Below are positions 31,245 to 40,719 of a stretch of 64,000 nucleotides of DNA, one piece after another. The stretch comes from Vicinamibacterales bacterium (GTDB taxonomy: Bacteria > Acidobacteriota > Vicinamibacteria > Vicinamibacterales > JAMQPK01). The stretch covers positions 94,014-158,013 of the forward strand of contig CAWBPA010000024.1 in the NCBI GenBank assembly GCA_963790545.1, read 5' to 3'. The position numbers and the translations under genes are program-made. The notes below the pieces were generated by a model. It searched no databases, was not told the origin of the DNA, and worked only from the letters and a program-made list of their open reading frames with translations. Each line of letters begins with the position of its first letter. Position 1 is the stretch's first letter.

Positions 31245-32761
31245 GTCTGTTTGGCTTCGAATTTGCGGCCGTCGGCGTCGCGATCGCCATCGTTCTGGGG
31301 TTGTTGGGTCTGTTTGCAGCGATGGCCCTGTTCGCGCGGAACTACATCAAGGTTCCACCATCGACGGTGGCGATCTTTTACGGCCGCAAACACACGATCA
31401 CGGACGACAAGGGGAACCGCTCGACGGTCGGCTTCCGTGTTGTGCGAGGTGGGGCGGCCTTGCGGGTCCCCTTGCTCGAGCAGGTGGCGTACCTCTCGCT
31501 CAACATCATTTCGATCCCACTGAAGATCCAGCGCGCATACACCAAGGAAGGTGTGGCGGTCACAGTGGAGGCCGTCGCCAATGTCAAGATCGCCGGCGAC
31601 GACATGTCGTTGCGTGGCGCGTCCGAACGCTTCCTCGGCATGACCACGGAGCAGATCAAAGGGGTGATCTTCCAGACGCTGGAGGGCCACCTGCGGGCGA
31701 TCCTCGGCACGCTGACCGTGGAAGAGATCAATGCGGACCGCCAGGCTTTCGCGCAGAAGATGACCGATGAGGCGGCCGTCGATCTGAAAAAGATGGGTAT
31801 CAACATCGACATTCTGACGATCCAGCAGATCAGCGACGAGCAGGGATACCTTGACGCGCTCGGCAAGAAGCGCACGGCGGAGGTGAAACGCGACGCCATC
31901 ATCGGCGAGGCCCTTGCCCAGCGCGACGCCACAATCAAGTCCGCCATGGCGGATCAGGAAGGCAAGACCAAGCGCTACGAGGCCGACGTCGCCATCGCCC
32001 TGTCGCTGCGCGACAAGGAGTCGAGGCAGGCCGAGTTCGACGCCGCGGTGCAAAGCAAGCAAGCGGAAGCTGAGCAGGCCGGGCCGTTGGCCACTGCTAT
32101 TGCACGGCAGCGGGTTACCGAACAGGAGACCCGCATCGATCAGGTGCGTAAGCAGCAGGAGGTGCTCGTCCAGGAGCAGGAGGCGGCCCGCCGGGAGAAA
32201 GAGCTGCAGGCGACCGTCGTGAAACCAGCTGAGGCCGAACGGCAGGCAGCGATCCTGCGCGCCGAAGGGGAAAAGCAAGCCACGATCATCCGCGCCGAGG
32301 CCACACAGAAGGAACTGGAGTTCGAGGGGGCCGGCGAGGCGGCAAAGATCGAGAGAATCGGCAAGGCCGAGGCGGCCAAGGTTCTGGCGGTGGGCGAGGC
32401 CGAGGCCGAGGTGATTAAGAAGAAGCTGCTCGCAGAGGCCGAAGGGCTTCAGAGGAAGGCGGAGGCCTGGAAAAACTTCAACGAAGCGGCCGTCATCAAC
32501 CTCGTCGTGGACAAGATGCCGGAACTGGCGCAGGCGTTCGCAACTCAGCTCGCGGGTATCGACAAAATCAATATCATCGAGATGGGCAATGGGTCCCCCG
32601 GCTCCGGCGGTGTCGGTCGACTGATGAACACGGTAGGCGGTGGGATGACGGCCATGTTGTCGATGCTCAACGATCAGTTCGGCATCGACATCGCCCGGCT
32701 GATGAAAGCCAAGAGCGACGCAGCCGCCGAAGAGGCCGACAAGAAAGCCGGGAAGCATTGA
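31241..32761 (+). CDS. floT: flotillin-family SPFH (band 7) protein
   Basis: N-terminal TM hairpin, SPFH domain and a long EA-rich coiled-coil (AEAERQAAILRAEGEKQATIIRAEA...). Confidence 0.85.
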   Translation: MSLFGFEFAAVGVAIAIVLGLLGLFAAMALFARNYIKVPPSTVAIFYGRKHTITDDKGNRSTVGFRVVRGGAALRVPLLEQVAYLSLNIISIPLKIQRAYTKEGVAVTVEAVANVKIAGDDMSLRGASERFLGMTTEQIKGVIFQTLEGHLRAILGTLTVEEINADRQAFAQKMTDEAAVDLKKMGINIDILTIQQISDEQGYLDALGKKRTAEVKRDAIIGEALAQRDATIKSAMADQEGKTKRYEADVAIALSLRDKESRQAEFDAAVQSKQAEAEQAGPLATAIARQRVTEQETRIDQVRKQQEVLVQEQEAARREKELQATVVKPAEAERQAAILRAEGEKQATIIRAEATQKELEFEGAGEAAKIERIGKAEAAKVLAVGEAEAEVIKKKLLAEAEGLQRKAEAWKNFNEAAVINLVVDKMPELAQAFATQLAGIDKINIIEMGNGSPGSGGVGRLMNTVGGGMTAMLSMLNDQFGIDIARLMKAKSDAAAEEADKKAGKH

Positions 32762-33234
32762 GTGCGACTGCCCGGCCGATTTACGAAAGCGATCTTCTCT
32801 GGGACCCGGAGCGGCCCGACACGGTTCTCATCACCTGCGTGGACGGCCGCTGGTACCACCACTTTCAGGAGTTCGCGCGACAGCATCTCAAGGCCGGATC
32901 GCGCACCGATTTTCTGGCCGTGCCCGGCGGCATCGAGCCCATGACCCTGGCCGACCTGGTCCCGAAGGACTTCAACTTTTTCCGCCGGCGGCTCGAGAGT
33001 CTGATTGCCGCGCACGGAACGCGACGCATCGTGGCTATCGCTCACCAGGATTGCGCCTGGTATCGCACGCGGAAGATCGGACCTTCGACGGTCGACCTCA
33101 AAAACAGACAAATCGCGGACCTTCGGAGCTCCGCCTCTCGACTACGCGAGATGTTCGAAGGTGTGGTGGTCGAAATCTATTTCGCCCGTCTGAGTGGAGG
33201 CAACCCGGAAACGGTGGTGTTCGAGACGGTCTAG
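32758..33234 (+). CDS. hypothetical protein translationally coupled to flotillin; C-x-D-x-R ... H-x-x-C motif pair
   Basis: TTG start overlaps the floT stop (TTGA). Residues ITCVDGRW and AIAHQDCAW resemble the zinc-ligand motifs of beta-class carbonic anhydrases, but the overall length (158 aa) and remaining sequence do not clearly match. Confidence 0.45.
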   Translation: MSATARPIYESDLLWDPERPDTVLITCVDGRWYHHFQEFARQHLKAGSRTDFLAVPGGIEPMTLADLVPKDFNFFRRRLESLIAAHGTRRIVAIAHQDCAWYRTRKIGPSTVDLKNRQIADLRSSASRLREMFEGVVVEIYFARLSGGNPETVVFETV

Positions 33235-33279
33235 AGTTCAGCCGCAGGTCTGGCGCTGGGCAAATGAGGATTTGCGGAT

Positions 33280-34431
33280 TCAGCGACTTTCATACCATCT
33301 GAGGTTGAAGGGAGCCGTGCCGTCAATGCACGCCAGGTCCATTTTCTTGTCGCCATTGATATCCGCCACCGTGCAACTGTTTGCCGCCAGATCCCCATCA
33401 ACCACTGAACGCTCCCACGTCTGACCGTCCGCCGCCATTCGATACATGTAGACGTTCTTGGGGCCGCGCGTGCCGCCTGCCACAATTTCGTGGGCGCCGT
33501 CGCCATCGAAATCCACCACCTGCAGGGAATGGCCGTTCGACAACTCACTGTCTATCACCTGTCGCTGCCACTCGCCCCGGCTGTCTTGCCGGTACACCAC
33601 GACCATGTTGCCGTGGAACGGCTCGATCGTCGCGTAGAAACGCGCCTTATTGACGAAACCTGTCCCCACCTCACTCGCTCCCCCATCTGGATATGGGGCG
33701 GGATTGCCTTTCGCGATCTCCGTTCGCTTCCACGTGCCGTCCTTCCCGAGACTGTGGGCATGGATACCAAGACGTCCCGCCGTGAGCACTTCCTGCCGCC
33801 CATCGCCGTCGCGATCGACAGCCAGAAGCCCATGGACCACGCCCTGGTTTTCCACCGTGATGGGTTCGGCTTTCCACGCACCCGGACGGTAGAGCACGAG
33901 AGGTGTCGGGAGACGATCGGGGTCGGGAAACCCCGTCGCTTTGGCATGCAGGATTGGCGCGTTCACCAGAACTCTCCGGCCATTCCCGTCCACGTCCGCC
34001 CAGCGGACGCGATGTGACGTCGGAATGGCATCGATGTCCTTGAGCGTCCAGGGTGCGCGCGGATCCCCGGTGGACTGAAGGATGGCAATCTTGCCGAGGC
34101 TCTTGCCCGGATTGGTGCTGAACTCGTACGCGAGGCCGATCTCGGGAACGCCGTCACCATCGGCGTCGGCCGCGTCCATGTTGATCATGCGCGACGCGGC
34201 GGTCGTGATGACATGCCGCTGCCATCCGGGATTCTCGAACCAGACGAGCTCGGCCATCTGGCTGCCCAGCGCCAGGAGGTCGGTGCGTCCATCGCGGTTC
34301 AAATCGGCGGCGACCACCTGGTAGCCGCCACGGATCTCGGTGGCCACGGTATGAGCCGCAAACTGGGCCGACGCATCGGCGGCCACGAACGTCAGGACCA
34401 CGACCAGGAAAGCGGATCTCAGGTTGCCCAT
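33280..34431 (-). CDS. secreted FG-GAP / VCBS-repeat beta-propeller protein
   Basis: Signal peptide MGNLRSAFLVVVLTFVAADASA; repeated D.DGDG / DVDGNG / DFDGDG calcium-binding-type FG-GAP motifs. Confidence 0.7.
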   Translation of the reverse strand: MGNLRSAFLVVVLTFVAADASAQFAAHTVATEIRGGYQVVAADLNRDGRTDLLALGSQMAELVWFENPGWQRHVITTAASRMINMDAADADGDGVPEIGLAYEFSTNPGKSLGKIAILQSTGDPRAPWTLKDIDAIPTSHRVRWADVDGNGRRVLVNAPILHAKATGFPDPDRLPTPLVLYRPGAWKAEPITVENQGVVHGLLAVDRDGDGRQEVLTAGRLGIHAHSLGKDGTWKRTEIAKGNPAPYPDGGASEVGTGFVNKARFYATIEPFHGNMVVVYRQDSRGEWQRQVIDSELSNGHSLQVVDFDGDGAHEIVAGGTRGPKNVYMYRMAADGQTWERSVVDGDLAANSCTVADINGDKKMDLACIDGTAPFNLRWYESR

Positions 34432-34484
34432 GTGTCCCTCGCTGCTCACGCGGATTGCTGACGCGGGCCCTTAAAGGGTCCGCG

Positions 34485-36260
34485 CTACAGGTCACTTGTC
34501 ACTGGACCGACCGACACGCCCCCGAGTGTCGTCAACAGGTACCGTTCGATGTCCGGTACGCTCGAGAGCCGAAGCACGTGCGCAGCCACGCGGCGCAACT
34601 GCGACGCATCGGCTTCCGCCAATACCTGCCGGGCGGTCGGAATGGCCGATGGGGCCATGCTGAACGACGTGAGGCCCATGCCGACCAGGAGCGCCAGCAG
34701 GACCGGGTCGGACGCCATCTCACCGCACACCGACACGGCTCGTCCCTGACGCGAGGCGGCGCGCCGCACCATGCGGATGAGTCGAAGAATCGATGGGTGA
34801 AGCGGCTCGTACAGGTGTGAGACCCGGTCGTCGGTGCGATCGACCGCCAGGCAGCACTGGATGAGATCGTTGGTGCCAATGGTGAGAAAGTCCGCCTCGC
34901 GAGCCAGCAGGTCCGACGTAAAGGCGGCCGATGGCACCTCGATCATCACGCCAACCTGAACGGCGGCCATCGATTCGCCGCGAGCTTTCAGTTCGGCCAT
35001 CGCATCGGCGAGCACAGCTTTCGCTTCCCTGAATTCCTCCACTCCCGAGATGAACGGGAACATGATGCGAAGGTCCCCATGGCGGGCTGCTCGCAGGAGC
35101 GCGCGCAGTTGGCGTCGCAACAGTTCCGGCCGTTTCAGCGCTAACCGGGTGGCGCGCAGCCCCAGACGAGAGCGGCCGTGCTCGGTCGGCTCACTCCAGG
35201 ATGGTCGGACCATCGCGTGGTGGCGCGCGACCAGCTGATCTTCGTCGATGTCGAACGTCCTCACGGTCACCGGTCCGGGGGCCATGCGCTCGAGCATCTG
35301 ACGGTAGACTTCGAACTGCACATCTTCGGTGAGCTCTTTCGCCGTCCGATCCATCAGCAGGAATTCGGAACGATACAGGCCGACGCCATCGGCGCCCTGA
35401 TGCCGGGCCGAGACCACATCGGACAGGAGTTCGATGTTCGCCTCCAACCTGATCGACACACCGTCCCGAGTCTTCGTCTCTTCGCCAGCGGGAATCGTGC
35501 GGAGTTCGGGCCTGGCGCTCGCCTGCCGCTGGACGTCGGTCACGAGACTGGCCGGCGCGTCCAGCACCAGTGAGCCCTCGCTGCCATCGATGACCACGAG
35601 CGTCCCCGGTACGGCTCGCCGGCTGGCATCGTGCAAACCCACGACGGCCGGAACATGAAGGGAGCGCGCCAGAATGGCCGTGTGATACGTGCGACTGCCG
35701 GCATCGGTCGCAAACGCCCTGATGTGCGACCAGTCGAGCTGAGCCGCCATCGACGGCGTGAGCTCATCGGCAATCAAGACGCACGGCTCGTCGAAGTCTT
35801 TGAACAGATCACGGGGACTGGAGGCATCATGGCGCAGGTTCATCCGCAGGCGCCCGACCAGATCGCTCAAATCCTCTTTCCGTTCGCGAAGGTACGGGTC
35901 TTCGACCGCGCTGAACACGCTCGAGATCTCGTCGAACACCCGTTGCACGGCCCATTCCGCATTGACCCGCTGCTCGCGAATCATCGCCACGGCGCGGGTC
36001 AGCCACATGGGGTCGTCGAGCATCAGCAGGTGAGCATCGAACAGCGACGCCAGCTCATGTCCCGCGCCGGACGACAGCCGATCCCGGATGGCGGCCAGCT
36101 GCTGCCGCGAGCTGGCGCGCGCGGCCTCGAGGCGGCCCAGCTCGCGTTCAACGCGTGCCGCAGAAATCGAAAACCGCAGAACCTGGGTGAAGTGGGTCAG
36201 CACGACGGCCCGACCCGCCGCCACCCCAGGAGAAACGCCAATGCCTTCGAGACGTTGCAC
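34485..36260 (-). CDS. ptsI: phosphoenolpyruvate-protein phosphotransferase (PTS enzyme I)
   Basis: Full-length EI with PEP-utilising motifs (GLYRSEF, IGTNDLIQ, SVCGEMA) and the phosphohistidine domain. Confidence 0.9.
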   Translation of the reverse strand: MQRLEGIGVSPGVAAGRAVVLTHFTQVLRFSISAARVERELGRLEAARASSRQQLAAIRDRLSSGAGHELASLFDAHLLMLDDPMWLTRAVAMIREQRVNAEWAVQRVFDEISSVFSAVEDPYLRERKEDLSDLVGRLRMNLRHDASSPRDLFKDFDEPCVLIADELTPSMAAQLDWSHIRAFATDAGSRTYHTAILARSLHVPAVVGLHDASRRAVPGTLVVIDGSEGSLVLDAPASLVTDVQRQASARPELRTIPAGEETKTRDGVSIRLEANIELLSDVVSARHQGADGVGLYRSEFLLMDRTAKELTEDVQFEVYRQMLERMAPGPVTVRTFDIDEDQLVARHHAMVRPSWSEPTEHGRSRLGLRATRLALKRPELLRRQLRALLRAARHGDLRIMFPFISGVEEFREAKAVLADAMAELKARGESMAAVQVGVMIEVPSAAFTSDLLAREADFLTIGTNDLIQCCLAVDRTDDRVSHLYEPLHPSILRLIRMVRRAASRQGRAVSVCGEMASDPVLLALLVGMGLTSFSMAPSAIPTARQVLAEADASQLRRVAAHVLRLSSVPDIERYLLTTLGGVSVGPVTSDL

Positions 36261-36263
36261 GAT

Positions 36264-36527
36264 CTATTCACCAAATCCTGATTCTACGAGCCGGCACAGG
36301 GCCTCGACGGCCGCCTGTTCATCCTGGCCGTCGGCTGAAATCGTCAGCCACGTTCCCCGTGCGGCCGCCAATAGGAGAATTCCCATGATGCTCTTGCCGT
36401 CCATGGCCTTATCTTCGCGCGACACGCGCACCTGCGACTCGAACCGTGTGGCGATCTGAACGAACTTCGCTGCCGCCCGCGCGTGCAGGCCAAGCTGATT
36501 CACGATGGTGACGCGGCGTGAAATCAC
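36264..36527 (-). CDS. ptsH: phosphocarrier protein HPr / NPr
   Basis: 87 aa; NQLGLHARAAAKF with His15-type active site. Confidence 0.85.
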   Translation of the reverse strand: MISRRVTIVNQLGLHARAAAKFVQIATRFESQVRVSREDKAMDGKSIMGILLLAAARGTWLTISADGQDEQAAVEALCRLVESGFGE

Positions 36528-36559
36528 TTGAAGCTTAAGCCTTGAGCCTTGCGCCTTTA

Positions 36560-36961
36560 TTAGGTTGCCCGCATCAGATCAGATGCAACCCAGATGGCGG
36601 TTTTGGCGTACTTCGCCAGCTCACGGGCAACCGCCAGCAAATCGGGTGCGCCCCGGAGATCCCTCGCCTTGATCAGCATCGGCAGATTGACACCGGTAAT
36701 CACCTCGACCTTGCCGGCTTCGAGCAACGGGATGCAGAAGTTCGATGGCGTCCCGCCGAACATGTCGGTGAGGATGAGCACGCCCGATGGACTCCTAATC
36801 CGATCCACCGCCTTCGCAATTTGCTCCCGCGCGTCGTTCACGTCGTCATGCCACCCGATCGACACGGCCACGCACTGGGGCAGCTCGCCGACGATCATTT
36901 CGGCGGCATTGAGCAGCTCGGTGGCCAACCGTCCGTGCGTTACCACCACGACGCCAATCAT
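36560..36961 (-). CDS. PTS EIIA component, mannose/fructose family
   Basis: MIGVVVVTHGRLA...ILTDMFGGTPSN pattern of EIIA-Man; sits where ptsN lies in the E. coli rpoN operon. Confidence 0.75.
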   Translation of the reverse strand: MIGVVVVTHGRLATELLNAAEMIVGELPQCVAVSIGWHDDVNDAREQIAKAVDRIRSPSGVLILTDMFGGTPSNFCIPLLEAGKVEVITGVNLPMLIKARDLRGAPDLLAVARELAKYAKTAIWVASDLMRAT

Positions 36962-37004
36962 TTGACTTTTAACCTTTGCCCTTTGACCTTTGCCCTTTGA
37001 CCTT
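36962..37004. repeat. tandem heptamer repeat (CTTTGMC x5-6 on the plus strand; GKCAAAG on the mRNA strand) between rapZ stop and the EIIA start
   Basis: ctttgcc ctttgac ctttgcc ctttgac ctttcaa; on the minus strand each unit carries an AAAGG SD-like core upstream of the EIIA ATG. Confidence 0.75.
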
Positions 37005-37922
37005 TCAACTGTCCTTCAGAATATCGCGATGCACGACGCGCGTGCGAACGCCCGCGACGGCGCCGAGCGGCGTGCGCAACGCTTCCGCGACCATCACCGA
37101 TCGATGCCGTCCACCCGTGCAGCCAATCGCGATGGTGAGATAACTCTTGCCTTCGGCGACGTACTGCGGGAGCACGAACATGAGGAACGACGTGAGGCGC
37201 GACAACAGATCCTTGGTGGACCTGTAGCGGCGCATGAACCGCACGACCGTCGGGTCGCGCCCGGTGCGCGGTTTCAGTTCGCGAACGAAGTGCGGGTTCG
37301 GCAGAAAACGCACGTCGAACACCAGATCGGAGTCGACCGGGACGCCAAACTTGTACCCGAAGCTCAGCAGGGTGACAATGAGCCCGGCCTGCTTTTGCAG
37401 ACCGGCAGCGAACGCCTTGAACGCCCTCCGCAAATCGTGCACCGTCATGTCCGAGGTGTCCAAAATAACATCCGCGAGGCGACGAATCGCATCGAGGCGC
37501 GCGCGCTCGTCGCGAATGCCCTCGGCCACCGATCGGGTTGGCGCGAGCGGATGGGGGCGGCGGGTTTCGCTGAATCGCCGCACCAGTGCGGCATTGCTGG
37601 CATCGAGAAAAATCAGCGCCGGGTGAAGCCCCTTCATCGCGCGGAGCTGGCGCAGAACCCTGGGAAAATGATCGAGGAATCCTTTCTCGCGGATATCCAC
37701 GACGATAGCCACCCTCGAGAGGCCCTCTCGCCGCGCCAGATCCGCCAGCGTAGGAATCAGTGTTGTCGGAAGATTGTCGACGCAGAAGTACCCGAGGTCT
37801 TCGAGCGCGCGGACCGCTTGAGACTTGCCGGAGCCCGACAGGCCCGTCAACACGACAAACCTCGAGCCCCCGCCTCGAAATTGCGGCTTTCGATCGCCGA
37901 TCTTCTTGGGCTTCTTGGTCAC
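37005..37922 (-). CDS. rapZ: RNase adapter protein RapZ (YhbJ/YvcJ P-loop family)
   Basis: Walker A GLSGSGKS, conserved ...CVDNLP..., C-terminal TGGRHRS motif. Confidence 0.88.
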   Translation of the reverse strand: MTKKPKKIGDRKPQFRGGGSRFVVLTGLSGSGKSQAVRALEDLGYFCVDNLPTTLIPTLADLARREGLSRVAIVVDIREKGFLDHFPRVLRQLRAMKGLHPALIFLDASNAALVRRFSETRRPHPLAPTRSVAEGIRDERARLDAIRRLADVILDTSDMTVHDLRRAFKAFAAGLQKQAGLIVTLLSFGYKFGVPVDSDLVFDVRFLPNPHFVRELKPRTGRDPTVVRFMRRYRSTKDLLSRLTSFLMFVLPQYVAEGKSYLTIAIGCTGGRHRSVMVAEALRTPLGAVAGVRTRVVHRDILKDS

Positions 37923-37951
37923 GACAGCGGGCGGGGGGTGGCCTGCTGCAC

Positions 37952-38500
37952 TTACGCCTCGGGCTCGATCAAGCCGAAGTCACCGTCCTTTCGCCGATAA
38001 AGGACGTTGATTGAATCCGTGCTGGCGTTTCGGAACACGAGCAGGCCATCCCGCGCGGCGTCCACTTCACGTGCCGCCTCTTCGACGGTCATGGGCTTGG
38101 CGGCATAGCGAGACATGCGCACGATCCGCGGACCCACTGGTTCGGGCGCGGGCGCTTCCGACGCGGCCGCGCGGCTGGCAACGGTTTTCGCCGGTGTCGC
38201 GTGTCGTTTTCGCTCCTGCCACTTCCCTTTCACCCGCTTGCCCTGCTGCACGACCTTCTCGACCGATCCGGTCAGCGATTGTTCCCACGACGCATGATCG
38301 GCGGCACCGCGCAGCATGTGATCGCCGCGCGTGTGCACGACGAGCTCGGCCACGCGCCGATGCTTCTCCCGCGTCAGGATCACCTGCGCCGAGACGATGG
38401 CATCGCCAAACATGCGATCGAGTTTCGCCAGCTTGCGATCGACGAGTTTCCGAATGTGGGGGGTGATGTCGACGTGTCGTCCGGTCAACACGAGGCGCAT
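37952..38500 (-). CDS. hpf: ribosome hibernation promoting factor (long form)
   Basis: N-terminal RaiA/YfiA domain (LTGRHVDITP..., VVHTRGDHMLRG) and a C-terminal dimerisation extension. Confidence 0.85.
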   Translation of the reverse strand: MRLVLTGRHVDITPHIRKLVDRKLAKLDRMFGDAIVSAQVILTREKHRRVAELVVHTRGDHMLRGAADHASWEQSLTGSVEKVVQQGKRVKGKWQERKRHATPAKTVASRAAASEAPAPEPVGPRIVRMSRYAAKPMTVEEAAREVDAARDGLLVFRNASTDSINVLYRRKDGDFGLIEPEA

Positions 38501-38508
38501 GGTTCTCG

Positions 38509-39951
38509 CTAGTACAGCACCTTTCGCTGGTTGGAAGTGGGAATCTTCAGCTCTTCGCGATACTTGGCAATCGTCCGCCGCGCGAGCACGAGCCCCTCGT
38601 GCTGCAGAATGCTGACGATCTTCGAGTCGCTGAGCGGCCGGCGTGGGTCCTCGTTCTCGATGATCTTTCGAATGCGATTCTTGATCGTGACCGAGGAGAC
38701 GCTCTCGCCGTACGAGCTGCTGATTCCGCTGTGGAAGAAGTACTTCAGCTCGAACACCCCCTGCGGGGTGTGCATGTACTTGTTGGTGACCACACGGCTC
38801 ACGGTGGACTCGTGCATGCCGATGTCGTTGGCCACATCGCGCAACACCAGTGGCCGGAGATGTTCGATGCCGTAGTCAAGGAAGTCGCGCTGGAAGTTGA
38901 TGATGCTCGTGGCCACTTTGTGAATCGTTTTCTGGCGCTGCTCCACCGATTTGATGAGCCAGAGCGCGGAGCGGAACTTGTCTTTCACGTACGCGCGGGT
39001 TTCGCTGTTCTGCTCGGTGTTCTTGTCGAGAAGACGCCGGTACACGGGGCTGATGCGCAGCTGGGGCAGTCCCTCCTCGTTCAGCACCGCGACGTACTGA
39101 TCTTCCACCTTCATGACGTACACGTCCGGAATGACGTAGTGCGCCTGTGAGGGGTTGTACCGGCTTCCCGGCTTCGGGTCCAGGTGCTTGATGATCTCGA
39201 CGTGCTCTTTGAGCTCATCGATCGACAGTCCAAGGCGACGGGCAATTTCCGGAATTTGATGATTCTGCAGGAGACGCAGGTGATCGACGACGATTTTCTC
39301 GGTCGGCGTCCCTTCGAGCCCGATGTGCCGGATTTGCAGCAGCAGGCACTCCTGCAGGTCGCGCGCAGCCACGCCTGTCGGGTCGAAGCGCTGAATCAAC
39401 TGCAGCGCCTGCTCCACATCGGCAACCGGCCACGGTCCCATCCCCGCAATCTCGTCCAGCGAGGCCACCAGATACCCATCGTCATCGACGTTGCCGATGA
39501 TGGCCGTCCCGATCGCCCGCAGTCGCTCATCGTCGCTCTGCATGGACAGCTGCCACATCAGATGGTCGGAGAGGGAGGTCGAGGTGGACAGCGTGTTCTC
39601 AATTGGGGGCAGCTCTTTGACTTCCTGCGGTGTGCGGGGCCGGTAGCCATCGTCCAGATAGTCACCGAAGAAGTACTCGTAGTCGCTGTCGTCCCAGTTG
39701 TCGCCCTTTTCCGCCGCCGCAGTGGCCGCTTGTTCTTCGCCCAAGGTCTTCTCGGCCTGCGCCGCGGCTTCGGCCGGCTGCAGTTCCTCGGTCGGGACCT
39801 CCTCCAGCATCGGGTTCTCGACCATTTCCTGGTTGAGCAGATCGACCAGTTCCAGCGTGGACATCGGCAGCAGCTTGATCGCCTGCTGGAGCGATGGCGT
39901 CAGAATGAGCTTTTGAACGAGTTTGGTGTGCAGCTTCTGCGAGATGGCCAT
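38509..39951 (-). CDS. rpoN: RNA polymerase sigma-54 factor
   Basis: Region I (LTPSLQQAIKLLPMSTLEL), core-binding region, HTH, and the RpoN box ARRTIAKYRE. Confidence 0.92.
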   Translation of the reverse strand: MAISQKLHTKLVQKLILTPSLQQAIKLLPMSTLELVDLLNQEMVENPMLEEVPTEELQPAEAAAQAEKTLGEEQAATAAAEKGDNWDDSDYEYFFGDYLDDGYRPRTPQEVKELPPIENTLSTSTSLSDHLMWQLSMQSDDERLRAIGTAIIGNVDDDGYLVASLDEIAGMGPWPVADVEQALQLIQRFDPTGVAARDLQECLLLQIRHIGLEGTPTEKIVVDHLRLLQNHQIPEIARRLGLSIDELKEHVEIIKHLDPKPGSRYNPSQAHYVIPDVYVMKVEDQYVAVLNEEGLPQLRISPVYRRLLDKNTEQNSETRAYVKDKFRSALWLIKSVEQRQKTIHKVATSIINFQRDFLDYGIEHLRPLVLRDVANDIGMHESTVSRVVTNKYMHTPQGVFELKYFFHSGISSSYGESVSSVTIKNRIRKIIENEDPRRPLSDSKIVSILQHEGLVLARRTIAKYREELKIPTSNQRKVLY

Positions 39952-39990
39952 GGGTCTGTCGCCGCTCGATGTCCTCTCCCTAATCTTAGC

Positions 39991-40716
39991 TCAGTCCAAC
40001 CGAAAGTCGGCTCCAAGGTAAATTCTGCGCACTTCTTCGTCCGCCGCCAGACTGGCGGGTGTACCGCTGCGAAACATCACGCCATCGTGCACGATATAGG
40101 CGCGATCCGTAATCCGGAGCGTTTCCCGCACATTATGGTCGGTGATGAGCACGCCAATGCCGCGCTCTTTGAGGTGAAAGATAATGTTTTGAATATCGGT
40201 CACCGCAATCGGATCGATGCCTGCAAACGGCTCATCGAGCAGGATGAAGCGCGGCGAGATCACGAGCGCCCGCGTAATTTCGGCGCGTCGACGCTCACCG
40301 CCCGAGAGCGTGTACGCGGGCGCTTGCGCAAGAGGCGTCAGGTTCAGCTCGGCGAGCAGCTCGCGGAGCCTCGTCTTGCGTGCCGTGGCGTCGAGATCGA
40401 GGGTTTCCAGGATCGCGAGAATGTTCTGCTCCACCGTCAAGCCACGGAAAATGGACGGCTCCTGCGGCAGGTACCCGAGTCCCTTGCGGGCCCGCAGATA
40501 CATGGGGGCCGAGGTCACATCTTCGCCGTTGAGCACGACGCGGCCCGAATCAGGTGAGGTCAAGCCGACCGTCATGTAAAACGTCGTGGTCTTGCCGGCG
40601 CCGTTCGGGCCGAGCAGGCCGACGACCTCGCCCGACTGCACTTCAAGGCTCACACCGCGTACCACCGTCCGCCCGCCGTAAGACTTGGTGAGGTCGTGCG
40701 TCCGGAGTGTGGACAT
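39991..40716 (-). CDS. lptB: LPS export ABC transporter ATP-binding protein
   Basis: Walker [10 protein letters not shown], signature LSGGERRR, Walker B ILLDEP, and the LptB-specific C-terminus. Confidence 0.9.
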   Translation of the reverse strand: MSTLRTHDLTKSYGGRTVVRGVSLEVQSGEVVGLLGPNGAGKTTTFYMTVGLTSPDSGRVVLNGEDVTSAPMYLRARKGLGYLPQEPSIFRGLTVEQNILAILETLDLDATARKTRLRELLAELNLTPLAQAPAYTLSGGERRRAEITRALVISPRFILLDEPFAGIDPIAVTDIQNIIFHLKERGIGVLITDHNVRETLRITDRAYIVHDGVMFRSGTPASLAADEEVRRIYLGADFRLD

Positions 40717-40719
40717 GGG

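Noticed and set aside
30899-32758. 619-aa ORF on the minus strand
   Set aside because: Entirely antisense to the well-supported flotillin and nfeD genes; low-complexity, Arg/Gly/Leu-rich composition typical of GC-rich antisense frames
39184-40557. 457-aa plus-strand ORF
   Set aside because: Antisense to rpoN and lptB
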